DNA of 64,000 bases from an uncultured Methanosarcinales archaeon (GCA_964445485.1 CAYUPS010000003.1:1528-65527), one strand, 5' to 3'. Positions 8,835-18,709 are shown, counted from the stretch's first letter. Translations and numbers: made by a program. Notes: a model not told the origin generated them from the letters alone.

Positions 8835-9412
8835 CGGCGCGCCTCCAGCCACCATGCCGCGATGTACGACACGCCGGTGGCGATCGCGAGAGCGGACATA
8901 GCGCCGCCGAACGATATGGCGCCGACGGTCATCTCATCCATGGCGCCCGCGAGCTTCATGCTGCCTTGCAGGTACATGATGAAGAGCGCGAGCGACGACA
9001 GTCCCGCGAGCAGGGCGATGGACGGCAGCCGCGCGCCGCGCAGAGAGACACCGCGGTGCGCGAGCCAGTACGTGATGCCGAGCGCCGCCGCGTGGATGGC
9101 GATGTACAGGACGTTCTCGTCCAGCACGAAGAAATTCCTGTCGAGCGTGGGCGTGGCGAAGCGGTAGTACACGAAGAACATCAGCGGGCCGAGGATGGCC
9201 GTCACGATGCCTGGCGCCTTGCCGCGCCCGATGAGATGCGCGATGAGGAAGACCGTCATGAAGATGATGGTCGCCTTGACCGCCACGTATCCCAGATGGA
9301 CGGCGGTCTCTGTCGCGAGATGGTAGAGCATGTCGAGCGAATTCATGGCCAGCGTCACGATGACGCTGAAACCGATCGCGCTCGGGAGTCCCTTCGTGGC
9401 GTCGCGTCTCAT
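8831..9412 (-). CDS. Polytopic membrane protein, His-containing (193 aa, ~6 TM)
   Basis: Hydrophobic ORF with ATGA overlaps at both ends. Confidence 0.7.
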   Translation of the reverse strand: MRRDATKGLPSAIGFSVIVTLAMNSLDMLYHLATETAVHLGYVAVKATIIFMTVFLIAHLIGRGKAPGIVTAILGPLMFFVYYRFATPTLDRNFFVLDENVLYIAIHAAALGITYWLAHRGVSLRGARLPSIALLAGLSSLALFIMYLQGSMKLAGAMDEMTVGAISFGGAMSALAIATGVSYIAAWWLEARR

Positions 9413-9741
9413 TTGACGATGATGGTGCCTTTCATGCTCGGGTGGATGCCGCAGATGTAGTCATACGTCCCGGGTTCATCGAACGTGTAGGACCACGAGT
9501 CGCCCTCGAAGAGCTCCGGGCTCTCAGTGCCGTCCCATTTGACCGTGTGCGATGCCGCATCCTCGTTGGTCCACTTGATCGTCTCGCCGGCTTTGGCGTT
9601 GACGGTGCGGGGCGCGAACGCGAAGTTCTTGATGCTGACAAGATGGTTGGCCGCCTGCTCCGCCCTGTCGGGCGCGTCGGCGCTCGCGCAGCCGGCGAGC
9701 AGCAGCGCCAGGATCGCCATGAACACCAGGTACGCTTTCAT
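9409..9741 (-). CDS. Plastocyanin/amicyanin-like blue copper lipoprotein
   Basis: Lipobox LLAGC; type-1 Cu ligands SHTV and YICGIHPSM. Confidence 0.9.
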   Translation of the reverse strand: MKAYLVFMAILALLLAGCASADAPDRAEQAANHLVSIKNFAFAPRTVNAKAGETIKWTNEDAASHTVKWDGTESPELFEGDSWSYTFDEPGTYDYICGIHPSMKGTIIVK

Positions 9742-9828
9742 TCGGGACACCTCGACCGTCCTGTCGGCGGGCTTCTTTATTAAGATATCGTGCATAATAT
9801 TTTTAAGCAGACAGGGGGTGGGAATGCC

Positions 9829-10686
9829 ATGATGCTCTGGAACTACACCAAGACAGCCATCCTGCTCGGCCTGCTCGCGGGCCTCATGCTCGCCGCCGGC
9901 CAAGCGTTGGGCGGCACGCAAGGCCTGACCATCGCGCTCGTTTTCGTCATCCTCACCAACGGCCTGATGTTCTTCTTCAGCCACAAGCTCGTCCTCATGA
10001 TGTACGGCGCTAAGCCCGCAAAGAAAGCGGACTATCCGCGCCTGCACGCCATGGTCGAGCAAATCGCCAAGCGCGCCGGCATCCCCAAGCCGAAGGTGTA
10101 CATCATTCCCACGCCGCACGCGAACGCGTTCGCCACCGGCAGATCGCCTAAGCATGCGGTCGTCGCCTGCACGGAAGGCATCATGAGCCTCCTCTCAGAG
10201 AACGAGCTCGAAGGGGTCATCGCGCACGAGATCGCGCACATCAAGAACCGGGACATGCTCATCACCACCATCGCTGCGGTCATGGCGAGCGCCATCAGCT
10301 ACCTCGCCACCATGGCCCGCTGGGCGGCCATCTTCGGCGGCATGAACCCCCGTGACGAGCGTGACGGCAACCATGTCATGACCCTCGTGGTCCTCACATT
10401 CCTCACGCCGATCATCGCCATGCTCCTGCAATTGGCCATCTCGCGCTCGCGCGAATATGCCGCCGACGCCAGCGGCGCCCGCTATCTCAAGGACAGCAAG
10501 GGGCTGGCGCACGCGCTCAAGAAGCTCGCGCAGGGCCCTAAGCTCAGCACGAGCAGCAATGCCACGCAAGCCACCGCCTCATTGTTCATCGTGCATCCCT
10601 TCACCGGCGAAGGGTTTTTGCACATGTTCATGACGCACCCCCCTATGGGCGAGCGCATCAAGCGTCTCGAAGCGATGAAATTCTGA
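9829..10686 (+). CDS. htpX: HtpX zinc metalloprotease (M48)
   Basis: NAFATG, AHEIAH (HExxH), SRSREYAAD, THPP..ERI. Confidence 0.95.
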   Translation: MMLWNYTKTAILLGLLAGLMLAAGQALGGTQGLTIALVFVILTNGLMFFFSHKLVLMMYGAKPAKKADYPRLHAMVEQIAKRAGIPKPKVYIIPTPHANAFATGRSPKHAVVACTEGIMSLLSENELEGVIAHEIAHIKNRDMLITTIAAVMASAISYLATMARWAAIFGGMNPRDERDGNHVMTLVVLTFLTPIIAMLLQLAISRSREYAADASGARYLKDSKGLAHALKKLAQGPKLSTSSNATQATASLFIVHPFTGEGFLHMFMTHPPMGERIKRLEAMKF

Positions 10687-10738
10687 TACAAAACTTTTTA
10701 TAATGCCGCGACTCGCTCGGGCATCACGGAGGCATACC

Positions 10739-11911
10739 ATGCGCGCACAACTCATCCTCGCAATCCTGTCCATCACACTGCTCCTGACCGCCTGCGGCGG
10801 CAGCCCGCCGGATCTGGGGCTTCCCGCTATCGGCGGCGAGCAGCCAGCCGAGGCGCCGCAGACGCCTGCGGAAACTCCTGCTGAGGAGCCGTCCGCTCCC
10901 GCCGAAGAGGAAGAGCTCCCCGCGCAAGAGCCAGATGAGACCCCGATCGAGCCCACCGAAGAGCCCTCCCTGCCAGCGACACTGCCTTCCACCAACGGCA
11001 CGGTCGTGTTCGGCATCACCGACGCGGCAGTCGCGCTCAAGAACATCAGCCAGATCAAGATGACCATCGGCGGCGCCCAGCTCCACCATGCCGACGCTGA
11101 CGAGTGGGTGCAGCTCAGCGACCAAGTGCAGGAATTCGACCTCCTCATGCTCAAGAACAAAGGCATCATCGAGCTCCTCGGCGAGGCAAGCGTGCCAACA
11201 GGCCGCTACAACATCCTCCGCCTGTTCGTGCGCGATGTCGAGATCGCCAGCAGCGGCACCAGCGCGTCGGCCAAGATGCCGACCAAGACGCTCACGTTCG
11301 CCATCGACCTCACCGTCGACGAAGGCCAGACAAGCTCGGCCGTCTTCGATTTCCTCGCCGACAAATCCGTCTTCAGGACCGTGCAGGGACGCTTCATCTT
11401 CGCGCCGGTCGTCAGCGTCGAGACCCGCAAAGCCCCTGCCATCAGCAAGAGCGTCGGCACCCTCCGTGTCGAGGGAGGCAGCGTCACCGCCGCCAAGGAG
11501 ATCGGCATGGATATCGACGGCAACATGGGTGTCGGCAGCGTCATCGACCCCGCGCGCGAGCTCTCCTTCGACGCCACGCTCAACCGCATCTCCTACAGCA
11601 GCGGCGGTTCGACGCAGGTCGAGACCCGCATCGGCCAGGGCACCTCCGGTTCGACAAGCTCCACGAATGAGACATGGATCCCCTGCAACGAGCGCAGCTA
11701 TAGCGGCACGGAAGAGCAGAAAGACGCGAAGAAGCTCGAGTGCCTGCGCGAGCAGAACGCCCGCTCGACCGGCAGCACGGGATCGCGCACGCTCACGAAC
11801 ACGACGACAGGCGTCTCCTGCGACGACTGCTGCAACCCCAAGTACGAGTATTGCTCGGGACGGCGCGCGAACAAGATCTGCCCATCCGATTGCCCGGACT
11901 ATCAGATCTGA
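10739..11911 (+). CDS. DUF4382-like lipoprotein with Pro/Glu linker and Cys-rich tail
   Basis: LLLTAC lipobox; VVFGITDA...FDLLML...VPTGRYNILRL...VFDFLADKSV; GGAGG SD before ATG 10739. Confidence 0.7.
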   Translation: MRAQLILAILSITLLLTACGGSPPDLGLPAIGGEQPAEAPQTPAETPAEEPSAPAEEEELPAQEPDETPIEPTEEPSLPATLPSTNGTVVFGITDAAVALKNISQIKMTIGGAQLHHADADEWVQLSDQVQEFDLLMLKNKGIIELLGEASVPTGRYNILRLFVRDVEIASSGTSASAKMPTKTLTFAIDLTVDEGQTSSAVFDFLADKSVFRTVQGRFIFAPVVSVETRKAPAISKSVGTLRVEGGSVTAAKEIGMDIDGNMGVGSVIDPARELSFDATLNRISYSSGGSTQVETRIGQGTSGSTSSTNETWIPCNERSYSGTEEQKDAKKLECLREQNARSTGSTGSRTLTNTTTGVSCDDCCNPKYEYCSGRRANKICPSDCPDYQI

Positions 11912-14163
11912 GAATTGCCCTTGGGTTCGTAGCGGGCACGGGCAGTCTCCACGATCCTGCCCGCGATCTTGTCCCCCACGCCAGGCACTGCCTTGAGCGC
12001 TTCCTCTGACGCGTTGAACACAGCCTGCACGCTGCCGAAGCGCACGAGCAATTCCTTGGCCAGGCTCGGACCGACCGAGGGTACGGCGGAGACGAGGTAT
12101 TCCTGCGCCTCGCGCGTCGACATGGGCTTCTTGTCCGCGTGAGGGGAATAATTGCTCGAGAATTCCTCTTGCTCCCGCTTGGCAACAGTCAGGAGGAACG
12201 CGGCGGTCTCCTCGTCGGTCTTGGTGTGGATGATGGGGATGCCGAAGGACACCGTGATCGCCGCGAGCATGCCCCTGATGGCGTTCGGGTGCACGTTGCG
12301 CACCGCGTAGATGTCCTGCGTGCCCTGCACGAGCACCAGCGGGCGCTCGAAATTCCGGCGCAATTCCTTCAATTGCGCGACGAGACGGCCGTCCACGATG
12401 CTGTCGACGAAATCACCCACATCCTTGACCTCGACGCCAACGCGCGGCGAGCAGAGATAGTCCGCGCACTGCAGCATCTCGAGCTTCAGGTTGATGCCCT
12501 GGTCCGAGAGCATCTTCAGCACGCCGCGCCCCTTCTCCCGGTAGTCTGCGAAGATGGTCACGCTGCGCTGGCCGGGCACATACTCCGCGAGCGTCGGCTG
12601 CGCTTCCTTCTTTGGGATGACGAACGACTTGCGCTCGAGCGCCTTGCGGATGCCGTCGACGCTCTGCTGCATGCGGCGTTCCTTGTGCTTGGCGCCCCAG
12701 TGGTATCCTTCATCGCGCGTCCCTTTGGTGATCAGCATGATGACGCGGCCCTTGTCCTGCCGTCCCGTCCGTCCCCTGCGCTGGATGGTGCGGATGGCGC
12801 TCGGCACCGGTTCATAGAAGATCACGATGTCCACGCGAGGGATGTCGAGCCCTTCTTCGGCGACGCTCGTCGCGATGAGGACGTTGAACAGGCCGTCCCT
12901 GAACTGGTCGAGCATCTCGATCTGCTTCTTCTGCGACAAACCTGTCTCCCCTTTCTTCGCCTGCCCCACGAACAGCTCGGGGAGCACGCCCGGCAGGGTG
13001 GCGAGCTCTCGCTTGAGCGCGCTGCCTGTGTCGCGGAACTGCGTGAACACGATGATTTTCTGCGATGGGTCCTTGGCGATTTCCTCGCCGATGATCCTCT
13101 TGAGCGCAGGTATCTTCGGATGCTCGACATTCGCTGCCTGCAGGCTCCGCGCCTTGATGTGCGCCGCCTTGAAGTTCGCGTCGGCCACTAAATTCTGCAC
13201 GGCCTTGACTTTGCTCGTAGCCGCCTCTCCGACGATCTTATCCATGTACGTCACGAGAGGCCCGACGCCCTGCGTCTCGAGCAGTTCGAGCGCGTGCTGC
13301 ACCTTGATCGTCTCGGCGATGAGTGATAGCGCCTTCATGACGGAGAAATCCCTCTCGCCGCTGGACATCTGCGCATGCAGGCCCCGCTGGAGTTTCAGGA
13401 GCTCTGTTTTGTTCACGTAGCTCGTGAGCCGCACGCCGCACTCGCGCAGCGAAGAGAGCTTGCTGTTGACGCATTGGCTGAGGAGGCGTTGCGTCCCCAT
13501 CAATTCAGGGGGCAGTTCCACCCGCACCTGCTGCATCTCGACCTCCTGGATGTACGGACGCACATCAGGGTCATTCTCTGTGCGGATCTCGACCGCCTCC
13601 ACAAAGAGATTGCGGCATACTTCCTCGATCTTCACGATGTCCGCTCCGGGCGAGGCGGTGAGGGCCAGGATGCGTGAGGCCTCTGCCTGCTCATGGTATC
13701 TCTTGGCGAGGAACACATAGCTGTAGTCGCCGGTCGCCCTGTGCGCCTCATCGACAATCAGGAGCACGACATCCCTGAGCGGCGCCTTCCCTGAGATGAT
13801 GTCGTTTTCGAGGCCCTGCGGCGTGCTGAAGACGATGCGCACCTCGCTCCACCGGCGAGCGCGTTCTTCTGGCGGCACATCGCCGGTGAAGACGGCCATG
13901 TCCCCTGCGGGGATATTCAGCAGTTCTGAGAATGACGTGAGATGCTGGTCCACGAGCGGCTTGGTCGGCGCGACGAGCAGGATCTTGCCGCCCGGCCGCT
14001 CAGCGAGGCGCTGCGCGGCGAGCAGCGCGGCAATCGCCGTCTTGCCCATGCCTGTGGGAAGCACGACAAGCGTGTTCTTCGCCGCTGCCGTCGCGAGAAT
14101 GGTCTCCTGGTAGAGGCGGGGACGGAAGCTCGGATTCATCAGCCGTGTGAGCGCGACCTGCAT
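11902..14163 (-). CDS. hef: Hef (FANCM/XPF-like) SF2 helicase-ERCC4 nuclease
   Basis: PTGMGKT, DEAH, TASPG, QRRGRTGR, ERCC4 domain, HhH tail; alternative start ATG 14139. Confidence 0.95.
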   Translation of the reverse strand: MQVALTRLMNPSFRPRLYQETILATAAAKNTLVVLPTGMGKTAIAALLAAQRLAERPGGKILLVAPTKPLVDQHLTSFSELLNIPAGDMAVFTGDVPPEERARRWSEVRIVFSTPQGLENDIISGKAPLRDVVLLIVDEAHRATGDYSYVFLAKRYHEQAEASRILALTASPGADIVKIEEVCRNLFVEAVEIRTENDPDVRPYIQEVEMQQVRVELPPELMGTQRLLSQCVNSKLSSLRECGVRLTSYVNKTELLKLQRGLHAQMSSGERDFSVMKALSLIAETIKVQHALELLETQGVGPLVTYMDKIVGEAATSKVKAVQNLVADANFKAAHIKARSLQAANVEHPKIPALKRIIGEEIAKDPSQKIIVFTQFRDTGSALKRELATLPGVLPELFVGQAKKGETGLSQKKQIEMLDQFRDGLFNVLIATSVAEEGLDIPRVDIVIFYEPVPSAIRTIQRRGRTGRQDKGRVIMLITKGTRDEGYHWGAKHKERRMQQSVDGIRKALERKSFVIPKKEAQPTLAEYVPGQRSVTIFADYREKGRGVLKMLSDQGINLKLEMLQCADYLCSPRVGVEVKDVGDFVDSIVDGRLVAQLKELRRNFERPLVLVQGTQDIYAVRNVHPNAIRGMLAAITVSFGIPIIHTKTDEETAAFLLTVAKREQEEFSSNYSPHADKKPMSTREAQEYLVSAVPSVGPSLAKELLVRFGSVQAVFNASEEALKAVPGVGDKIAGRIVETARARYEPKGNSQI

Positions 14164-14226
14164 ATTTGAAGTATGCGGTCAGCCCCGTTAATAAGCGGAG
14201 CGCGTCGCTGTCCTGTGTCCAGTGGC

Positions 14227-14841
14227 TCAGCGCGGCGTGTCCGTCGGCTCCACATCGTGCCCTGCCGCCAAGACCGCGAAAGGATACTTGACCAGCTCGC
14301 GCAATGACGCCTCCATCAGGCCTGGCGCGCTCGTCGGCAGGTCCACACGGCCGACCACGCCATGGTCGAAGATGGTGTCGCCGCTGAAGAGCACCCGGTG
14401 CGCGGCGTCCCAGAAGCACACCGAGCCGCGCGTGTGGCCGGGCGTCTTGATCATCTCGAGGCCGAACTCGTGCAGGGGCGCTTGGCCGATAGGGACCAGT
14501 CTCGCGCCTTTGAGCCTTTCGGCGAGCAGCGGGTCGAGCACGGCGCCGGCGGGATCGCGGCGGAAATCATCAAGCTCTTCCTGCGGCACGAACAGCGCGG
14601 CTTTCGGGAACAGGTCGTAATTGCCGACATGATCGAGGTGCATGTGCGTGAAGAGCACGGCGCGCACGCGCTCGGGCGGGATGAGCTTGGTCGCGAACCA
14701 TTCGATGTCGCGGCGGTCCGAGCGCGCTCCGGTGTCGATGAGGACGAACGCGTCGCCTACCTTGCGCGCGAAGAAATTGCTCTGCCCTCTGACTTTCCAC
14801 GTGTCCGGGGCGATAGGGGTGACGATCGAACTTATGCCCAT
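14227..14841 (-). CDS. MBL-fold metallo-hydrolase (glyoxalase II-like)
   Basis: LIDTG, THMHLDH, TPGHT, SGDT, AAGH. Confidence 0.88.
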   Translation of the reverse strand: MGISSIVTPIAPDTWKVRGQSNFFARKVGDAFVLIDTGARSDRRDIEWFATKLIPPERVRAVLFTHMHLDHVGNYDLFPKAALFVPQEELDDFRRDPAGAVLDPLLAERLKGARLVPIGQAPLHEFGLEMIKTPGHTRGSVCFWDAAHRVLFSGDTIFDHGVVGRVDLPTSAPGLMEASLRELVKYPFAVLAAGHDVEPTDTPR

Positions 14842-15602
14842 TGGGTCTCGAAGAAATAATCGAACAGGAACCAGCTTATAAAACCGACGAGCAGCGCGAG
14901 CCACCACAGGCCGGGGGAACCGAACGCGGCGAGGATGGCGTACGCGAGCGCGGCCGTGCCGCCGAAGACGTAGAGCGGCCGCGAGAGGAAGATGATGCGG
15001 CTGCCGTCCAGCGGCGGGAGGGGCAGGATGTTCACGATGGTCATGATGAGATTGATGGCGACGAGGCGCTCGAGCATGATCGAGTCGGGGAAGCCGACGT
15101 TCCACAGCCACGCCGCGAGACCCGCGAGCAGCGCGTTGGCGAGGACGCCCGCGAGGCATGCGCGGCCGAGCGTCTTGAGCGTGAAGGGGAATTTCCCGCG
15201 GCCGAGGCGGTGCGATCCGCCGAGCGGTTCTATGTCTGTCGATGATCCGCCGAGGAATTTGATGTTGCCGCGCGAGACGAACACGAGCAGGAAGCCCAGC
15301 ACGGGCCCGACTGGCACGCTGCCGAGCGGCCACATGTTCGCAGTCCACAGCCCGTTGGTGACTTTGAACCCTTTGCGGATGGCGTACAGGCGCTGCGCCG
15401 CGTGATGGACGAAGAGTGACAGGGCGCAGAGCGCGATGCCGACGGCGAGGTTGAGCAGGCCTGTGAGCGCGTCGAACCGATCGTCGCCCCACTGGTCGAA
15501 GGCAGCGATGAACCCCCAGAACAGGGAGAGGATGATGAACGCCTGCCACTCCTCCTTCGAGAAGGGGAAGTGCTTCTTGACCGCTGCTGCGTACGCGCTC
15601 AT
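14832..15602 (-). CDS. Site-2 protease (M50)-like membrane protein with degenerate HExxH
   Basis: NILPLPPLDG retained; VHHAAQ where HExxH is expected. Confidence 0.7.
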   Translation of the reverse strand: MSAYAAAVKKHFPFSKEEWQAFIILSLFWGFIAAFDQWGDDRFDALTGLLNLAVGIALCALSLFVHHAAQRLYAIRKGFKVTNGLWTANMWPLGSVPVGPVLGFLLVFVSRGNIKFLGGSSTDIEPLGGSHRLGRGKFPFTLKTLGRACLAGVLANALLAGLAAWLWNVGFPDSIMLERLVAINLIMTIVNILPLPPLDGSRIIFLSRPLYVFGGTAALAYAILAAFGSPGLWWLALLVGFISWFLFDYFFETQWA

Positions 15603-16297
15603 GTGCGTCCAACCACGTCAATCGCGTTTAAATATCTTTTCACGAGCGCGATGATCTCCTTCTCATGTCCGGCGCCGACGACCGCGACGACGCTCTTGTC
15701 TGCGTTGCGGGCCATGATGTGGGCGAGGTTGCGCGCCATCACGTGGTTGCGCTCCTCCACCAGGACGCGGTAGATGTTAGGGTAGCGGTCTTTGACCTGC
15801 AGGATCATCTTCTCGATGATCCTCTGCTCCGGCACCTTTGCGAGGTCGAAGGTGATCTTCTCGCCCCGTCCGAACACGCCGCCCCAGACCAGGTCCCATG
15901 CGAGGCGGAACTTCTCCTTCCAGGTCAATTCTTGGCTGAACCTGCGGAGCGTGATCTCGATCGGCTGGTCGATGAGCGCGACGCGGATCCGCCGGTCCTT
16001 GGCCATGCGGAAGGCCTGCATCATCTCGCTGCCGGGGCTCACGCCGACTTTCTCGCCGAGTCTCTTCTCGATCCACGCGCCGATGACACTGAAGAGCCAG
16101 CCCTTGAGGCCGACAAGCTTGATCATGCGCCAGCCCGGCTTCTCCCGGTTGCCGCTCAGGAGCGCGTGCAGCCTGCCGCGGTCGAGCTCGAGCGCGATGA
16201 TGCCCGGTTTCTCAGCATCTATCGCGCGCTCGACGTCGACGAGGCTCTGGCGGGCGATGTGGCTCGTGCCGATGAGGAGGAGATTCTTGTGGCGCAC
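15599..16297 (-). CDS. TraB/PrgY/GumN family protein
   Basis: LIGTSHI, IALELD, GSEM..AF, LVEERN, VVGAGH; GTG start after GGAGG. Confidence 0.88.
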   Translation of the reverse strand: MRHKNLLLIGTSHIARQSLVDVERAIDAEKPGIIALELDRGRLHALLSGNREKPGWRMIKLVGLKGWLFSVIGAWIEKRLGEKVGVSPGSEMMQAFRMAKDRRIRVALIDQPIEITLRRFSQELTWKEKFRLAWDLVWGGVFGRGEKITFDLAKVPEQRIIEKMILQVKDRYPNIYRVLVEERNHVMARNLAHIMARNADKSVVAVVGAGHEKEIIALVKRYLNAIDVVGRT

Positions 16298-16394
16298 ACC
16301 GCCTCCGGGTCAGCGGCTGTTTAAATATGCTTCTGCAGCGAAACGCAAGCTTTATGTAACATTCACCGATGCCGCATGCCAGGGGGGATTTCAC

Positions 16395-17195
16395 ATGCCA
16401 ACATACACCACCGAGCAGATCGCGAGCGTCACCGACCACACATTCCTCAAGACCGCGGACGAGCTGCACTGCTCCGAGAGCGCGCTCGAAGGGAAGCTCC
16501 ATGATTTCTTCAATGAGATGGCGTCATTCCCGCACAAGCCGTACGCGGTGTGCGTGCGCTCGGACAAAGTCAGGCTCACGCGCATCATCCTCGGCAATCT
16601 CGGTCTCGCGGGCAAAGTGAAGATCGCAGCCGTCGTCGGCTTCCCTGACGGCAACGCCTACCCGACCGCGCTCAAGACACTCGAGACGCAATACGCCATG
16701 GGCGAAGGCGCGAATGAGATCGACATGGTCCTCAAGTACGACACGTTCAAGGCAGGCAACCTCCCGCTCGCAGGCGACGACATCAACGACGTGGCGAAGA
16801 CCGCGCACGTCTACCACGGCAAGCTCAAAGTCATCCTCGAGACGACCATGCTTGCGCCGCAGGGAGTCGCGCAGGCGAGCGTGCTCGCGCTCACCAACGG
16901 CGCCGACTTCATCAAGACCGGCACCGGCTATGACATCAAGGCCGCGCATGGTATCGTCAAGAACAAAGGCGCGACAGAGCCCGATCTCAAACTCATGCGC
17001 ACCTACGCTGAGCGCCAGTACGGTGTCAAGGCCGCAGGCGGCGTCAACGCCAAAAACGTCCACAGCATCCTCGATGCCGCGCTCAACTGCGACGGCATCA
17101 TGGTGCCCCTGCATCCGGACATTGTGCGCATCGGCGCCTCGGGATTGCTCAAGCAGCTCTATGCGGGCCAGGACGCTCCGAAACCCGCGTATTGA
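16395..17195 (+). CDS. deoC: Deoxyribose-phosphate aldolase
   Basis: DHTFLK, AVCV, VVGFPDG, EIDMV, KVILET, FIKTGTG, GVKAAGG. Confidence 0.9.
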   Translation: MPTYTTEQIASVTDHTFLKTADELHCSESALEGKLHDFFNEMASFPHKPYAVCVRSDKVRLTRIILGNLGLAGKVKIAAVVGFPDGNAYPTALKTLETQYAMGEGANEIDMVLKYDTFKAGNLPLAGDDINDVAKTAHVYHGKLKVILETTMLAPQGVAQASVLALTNGADFIKTGTGYDIKAAHGIVKNKGATEPDLKLMRTYAERQYGVKAAGGVNAKNVHSILDAALNCDGIMVPLHPDIVRIGASGLLKQLYAGQDAPKPAY

Positions 17196-17271
17196 GCATT
17201 TAAATCGCGGCATAAAACTTAAATACATCCACTACTGCGCGATAGATACGAGATAGAGGAGGTCGTTCACA

Positions 17272-17562
17272 ATGCTGAAGATGAAGCAAATCTCTGAGAC
17301 ATACGACATGAAAGTGTTCACCGAGACAGGCGACTATTTCGGTGACGTCGAAGAGGCCATCATCACGCAGACCAAGGTCTACGGCTGGCGCGTGCGCGCG
17401 ACCAAGAACAGCTTCCTCTCCAAGGTCCTCGGCAGCGCCAAAGGCGTCATCGTGCCCCACCAGCTGGTGAAGGCCATCGGCGACATCGTCATCATCGCGA
17501 AAGCGGCCGTCCCCAACTTCGACGGCGAGATGCCCGCCCAAGAGCAGGCCGGCACAGAGTGA
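17272..17562 (+). CDS. PRC-barrel domain protein
   Basis: KVFTETGDYFGDVEE...IVPHQLVKAIGDIVII; GGAGG SD. Confidence 0.85.
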   Translation: MLKMKQISETYDMKVFTETGDYFGDVEEAIITQTKVYGWRVRATKNSFLSKVLGSAKGVIVPHQLVKAIGDIVIIAKAAVPNFDGEMPAQEQAGTE

Positions 17563-17822
17563 GCATGTTCTCCCGCGAGTTCCGGCTCTACGACTGCAAG
17601 ACGCGTGATGGACTCGAGATGATTATCCCTGTCCTGTACGGCAAAGCCAAAGAGCTGCGCCTCAAGGACCAGTACGGCTTCTGGCGCGAGAGAGACTCCC
17701 TTGTCTTACGCTGCACAGAAGACTTCAACAACGCGCTCCTTGTCGGCTGGCGCGAAGCCAGCCATCCGCTCAATCAGTACGTCAAGAATGTCTACTGCGT
17801 GATGCGCGCGGCGCAGCGCTAG
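17559..17822 (+). CDS. Hypothetical protein (~85 aa)
   Basis: Overlaps the PRC-barrel stop and abuts the rnz stop; start GTG 17559 or ATG 17565. Confidence 0.55.
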   Translation: MSMFSREFRLYDCKTRDGLEMIIPVLYGKAKELRLKDQYGFWRERDSLVLRCTEDFNNALLVGWREASHPLNQYVKNVYCVMRAAQR

Positions 17823-18709
17823 AGCTTCACTTTCATGAAGTCGAACGCGCACTTGACGTCGTCGAACACGTCCTTCGCGTCATTGAGAATCTCGTCCGTG
17901 ACAGCATAGCGCGGCGAGAAGTGCGTGAGGATCAGTTTCTTGGCGTTCGCGCGCGACGCGATCTGCGCCGACTCGCGCGACGTCATGTGCATGTACTCCT
18001 CGGCCTTGTCCTGCAGGGCGTGCGCGTAGATCGACTCGCAGATCAGGAGATCCGCGTCCTTCGCGATCTTGGCGCAGTTCGGATTCGGGCGCGTGTCCGT
18101 GATGAACGCGACCTTCTTGCCTTTCACCACGTACGTGACCTTGTCGGCAGCGACGGTGCGGCCCTTCCATTTCACGTCGTCGCCCTGCTGCAGCTCACCC
18201 AGGAGCGGACCCTCGGGGATGCCGAGCTTCTTGATCTCCTCCAGCTTGATGCGGCGGCGGTCCTTCTCGCAGAATGCGAACGCGATGGTCGGGATGCGGT
18301 GCTTCATCGGCAGCGCCTCGATCGTGAAATCCTTGGTGTCGACGATGGTGCCGCTCTCCACGTCATGGCCCTTGAGCGGGACCTTGAAATCGAGATCGAG
18401 CTGCTCGGTGATGACTTTCAGGAAGCGCTGCGTGCCTTTCGGGCCGTAGATCTCGAGCGTGTTCGTGTAGCCCGCGGCGCCGAGCGACTGGATGAGGCCC
18501 GGCAGGCCCAGCATGTGGTCGCCGTGCCAGTGGCTGAGCAGGATGCGCGACACTTTCGTGATCGGAATGCCCGCTATCTTGAGCTGCCGCTGCGTGCCCT
18601 CGCCGCAATCGAAGAGGATGCCCTCGCCCTTGTAATCGAGGAACACCGCGCTCGGATTGCGCTGCTTGGTGGGCATCATGCCCGACGTGCCGAGGAAGGT
18701 GAGCTCCAT
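17819..18709 (-). CDS. rnz: Ribonuclease Z
   Basis: LTFLGTS, FDCGEGTQRQ, SHWHGDH, exosite IPEGP, THFSPRY. Confidence 0.95.
   Translation of the reverse strand: MELTFLGTSGMMPTKQRNPSAVFLDYKGEGILFDCGEGTQRQLKIAGIPITKVSRILLSHWHGDHMLGLPGLIQSLGAAGYTNTLEIYGPKGTQRFLKVITEQLDLDFKVPLKGHDVESGTIVDTKDFTIEALPMKHRIPTIAFAFCEKDRRRIKLEEIKKLGIPEGPLLGELQQGDDVKWKGRTVAADKVTYVVKGKKVAFITDTRPNPNCAKIAKDADLLICESIYAHALQDKAEEYMHMTSRESAQIASRANAKKLILTHFSPRYAVTDEILNDAKDVFDDVKCAFDFMKVKL

Noticed and set aside
12390-12440. Hef ERCC4 motif reads EVKxxxD rather than ERKxxxD
   Set aside because: The acidic and Lys residues are retained; likely lineage variation, not inactivation
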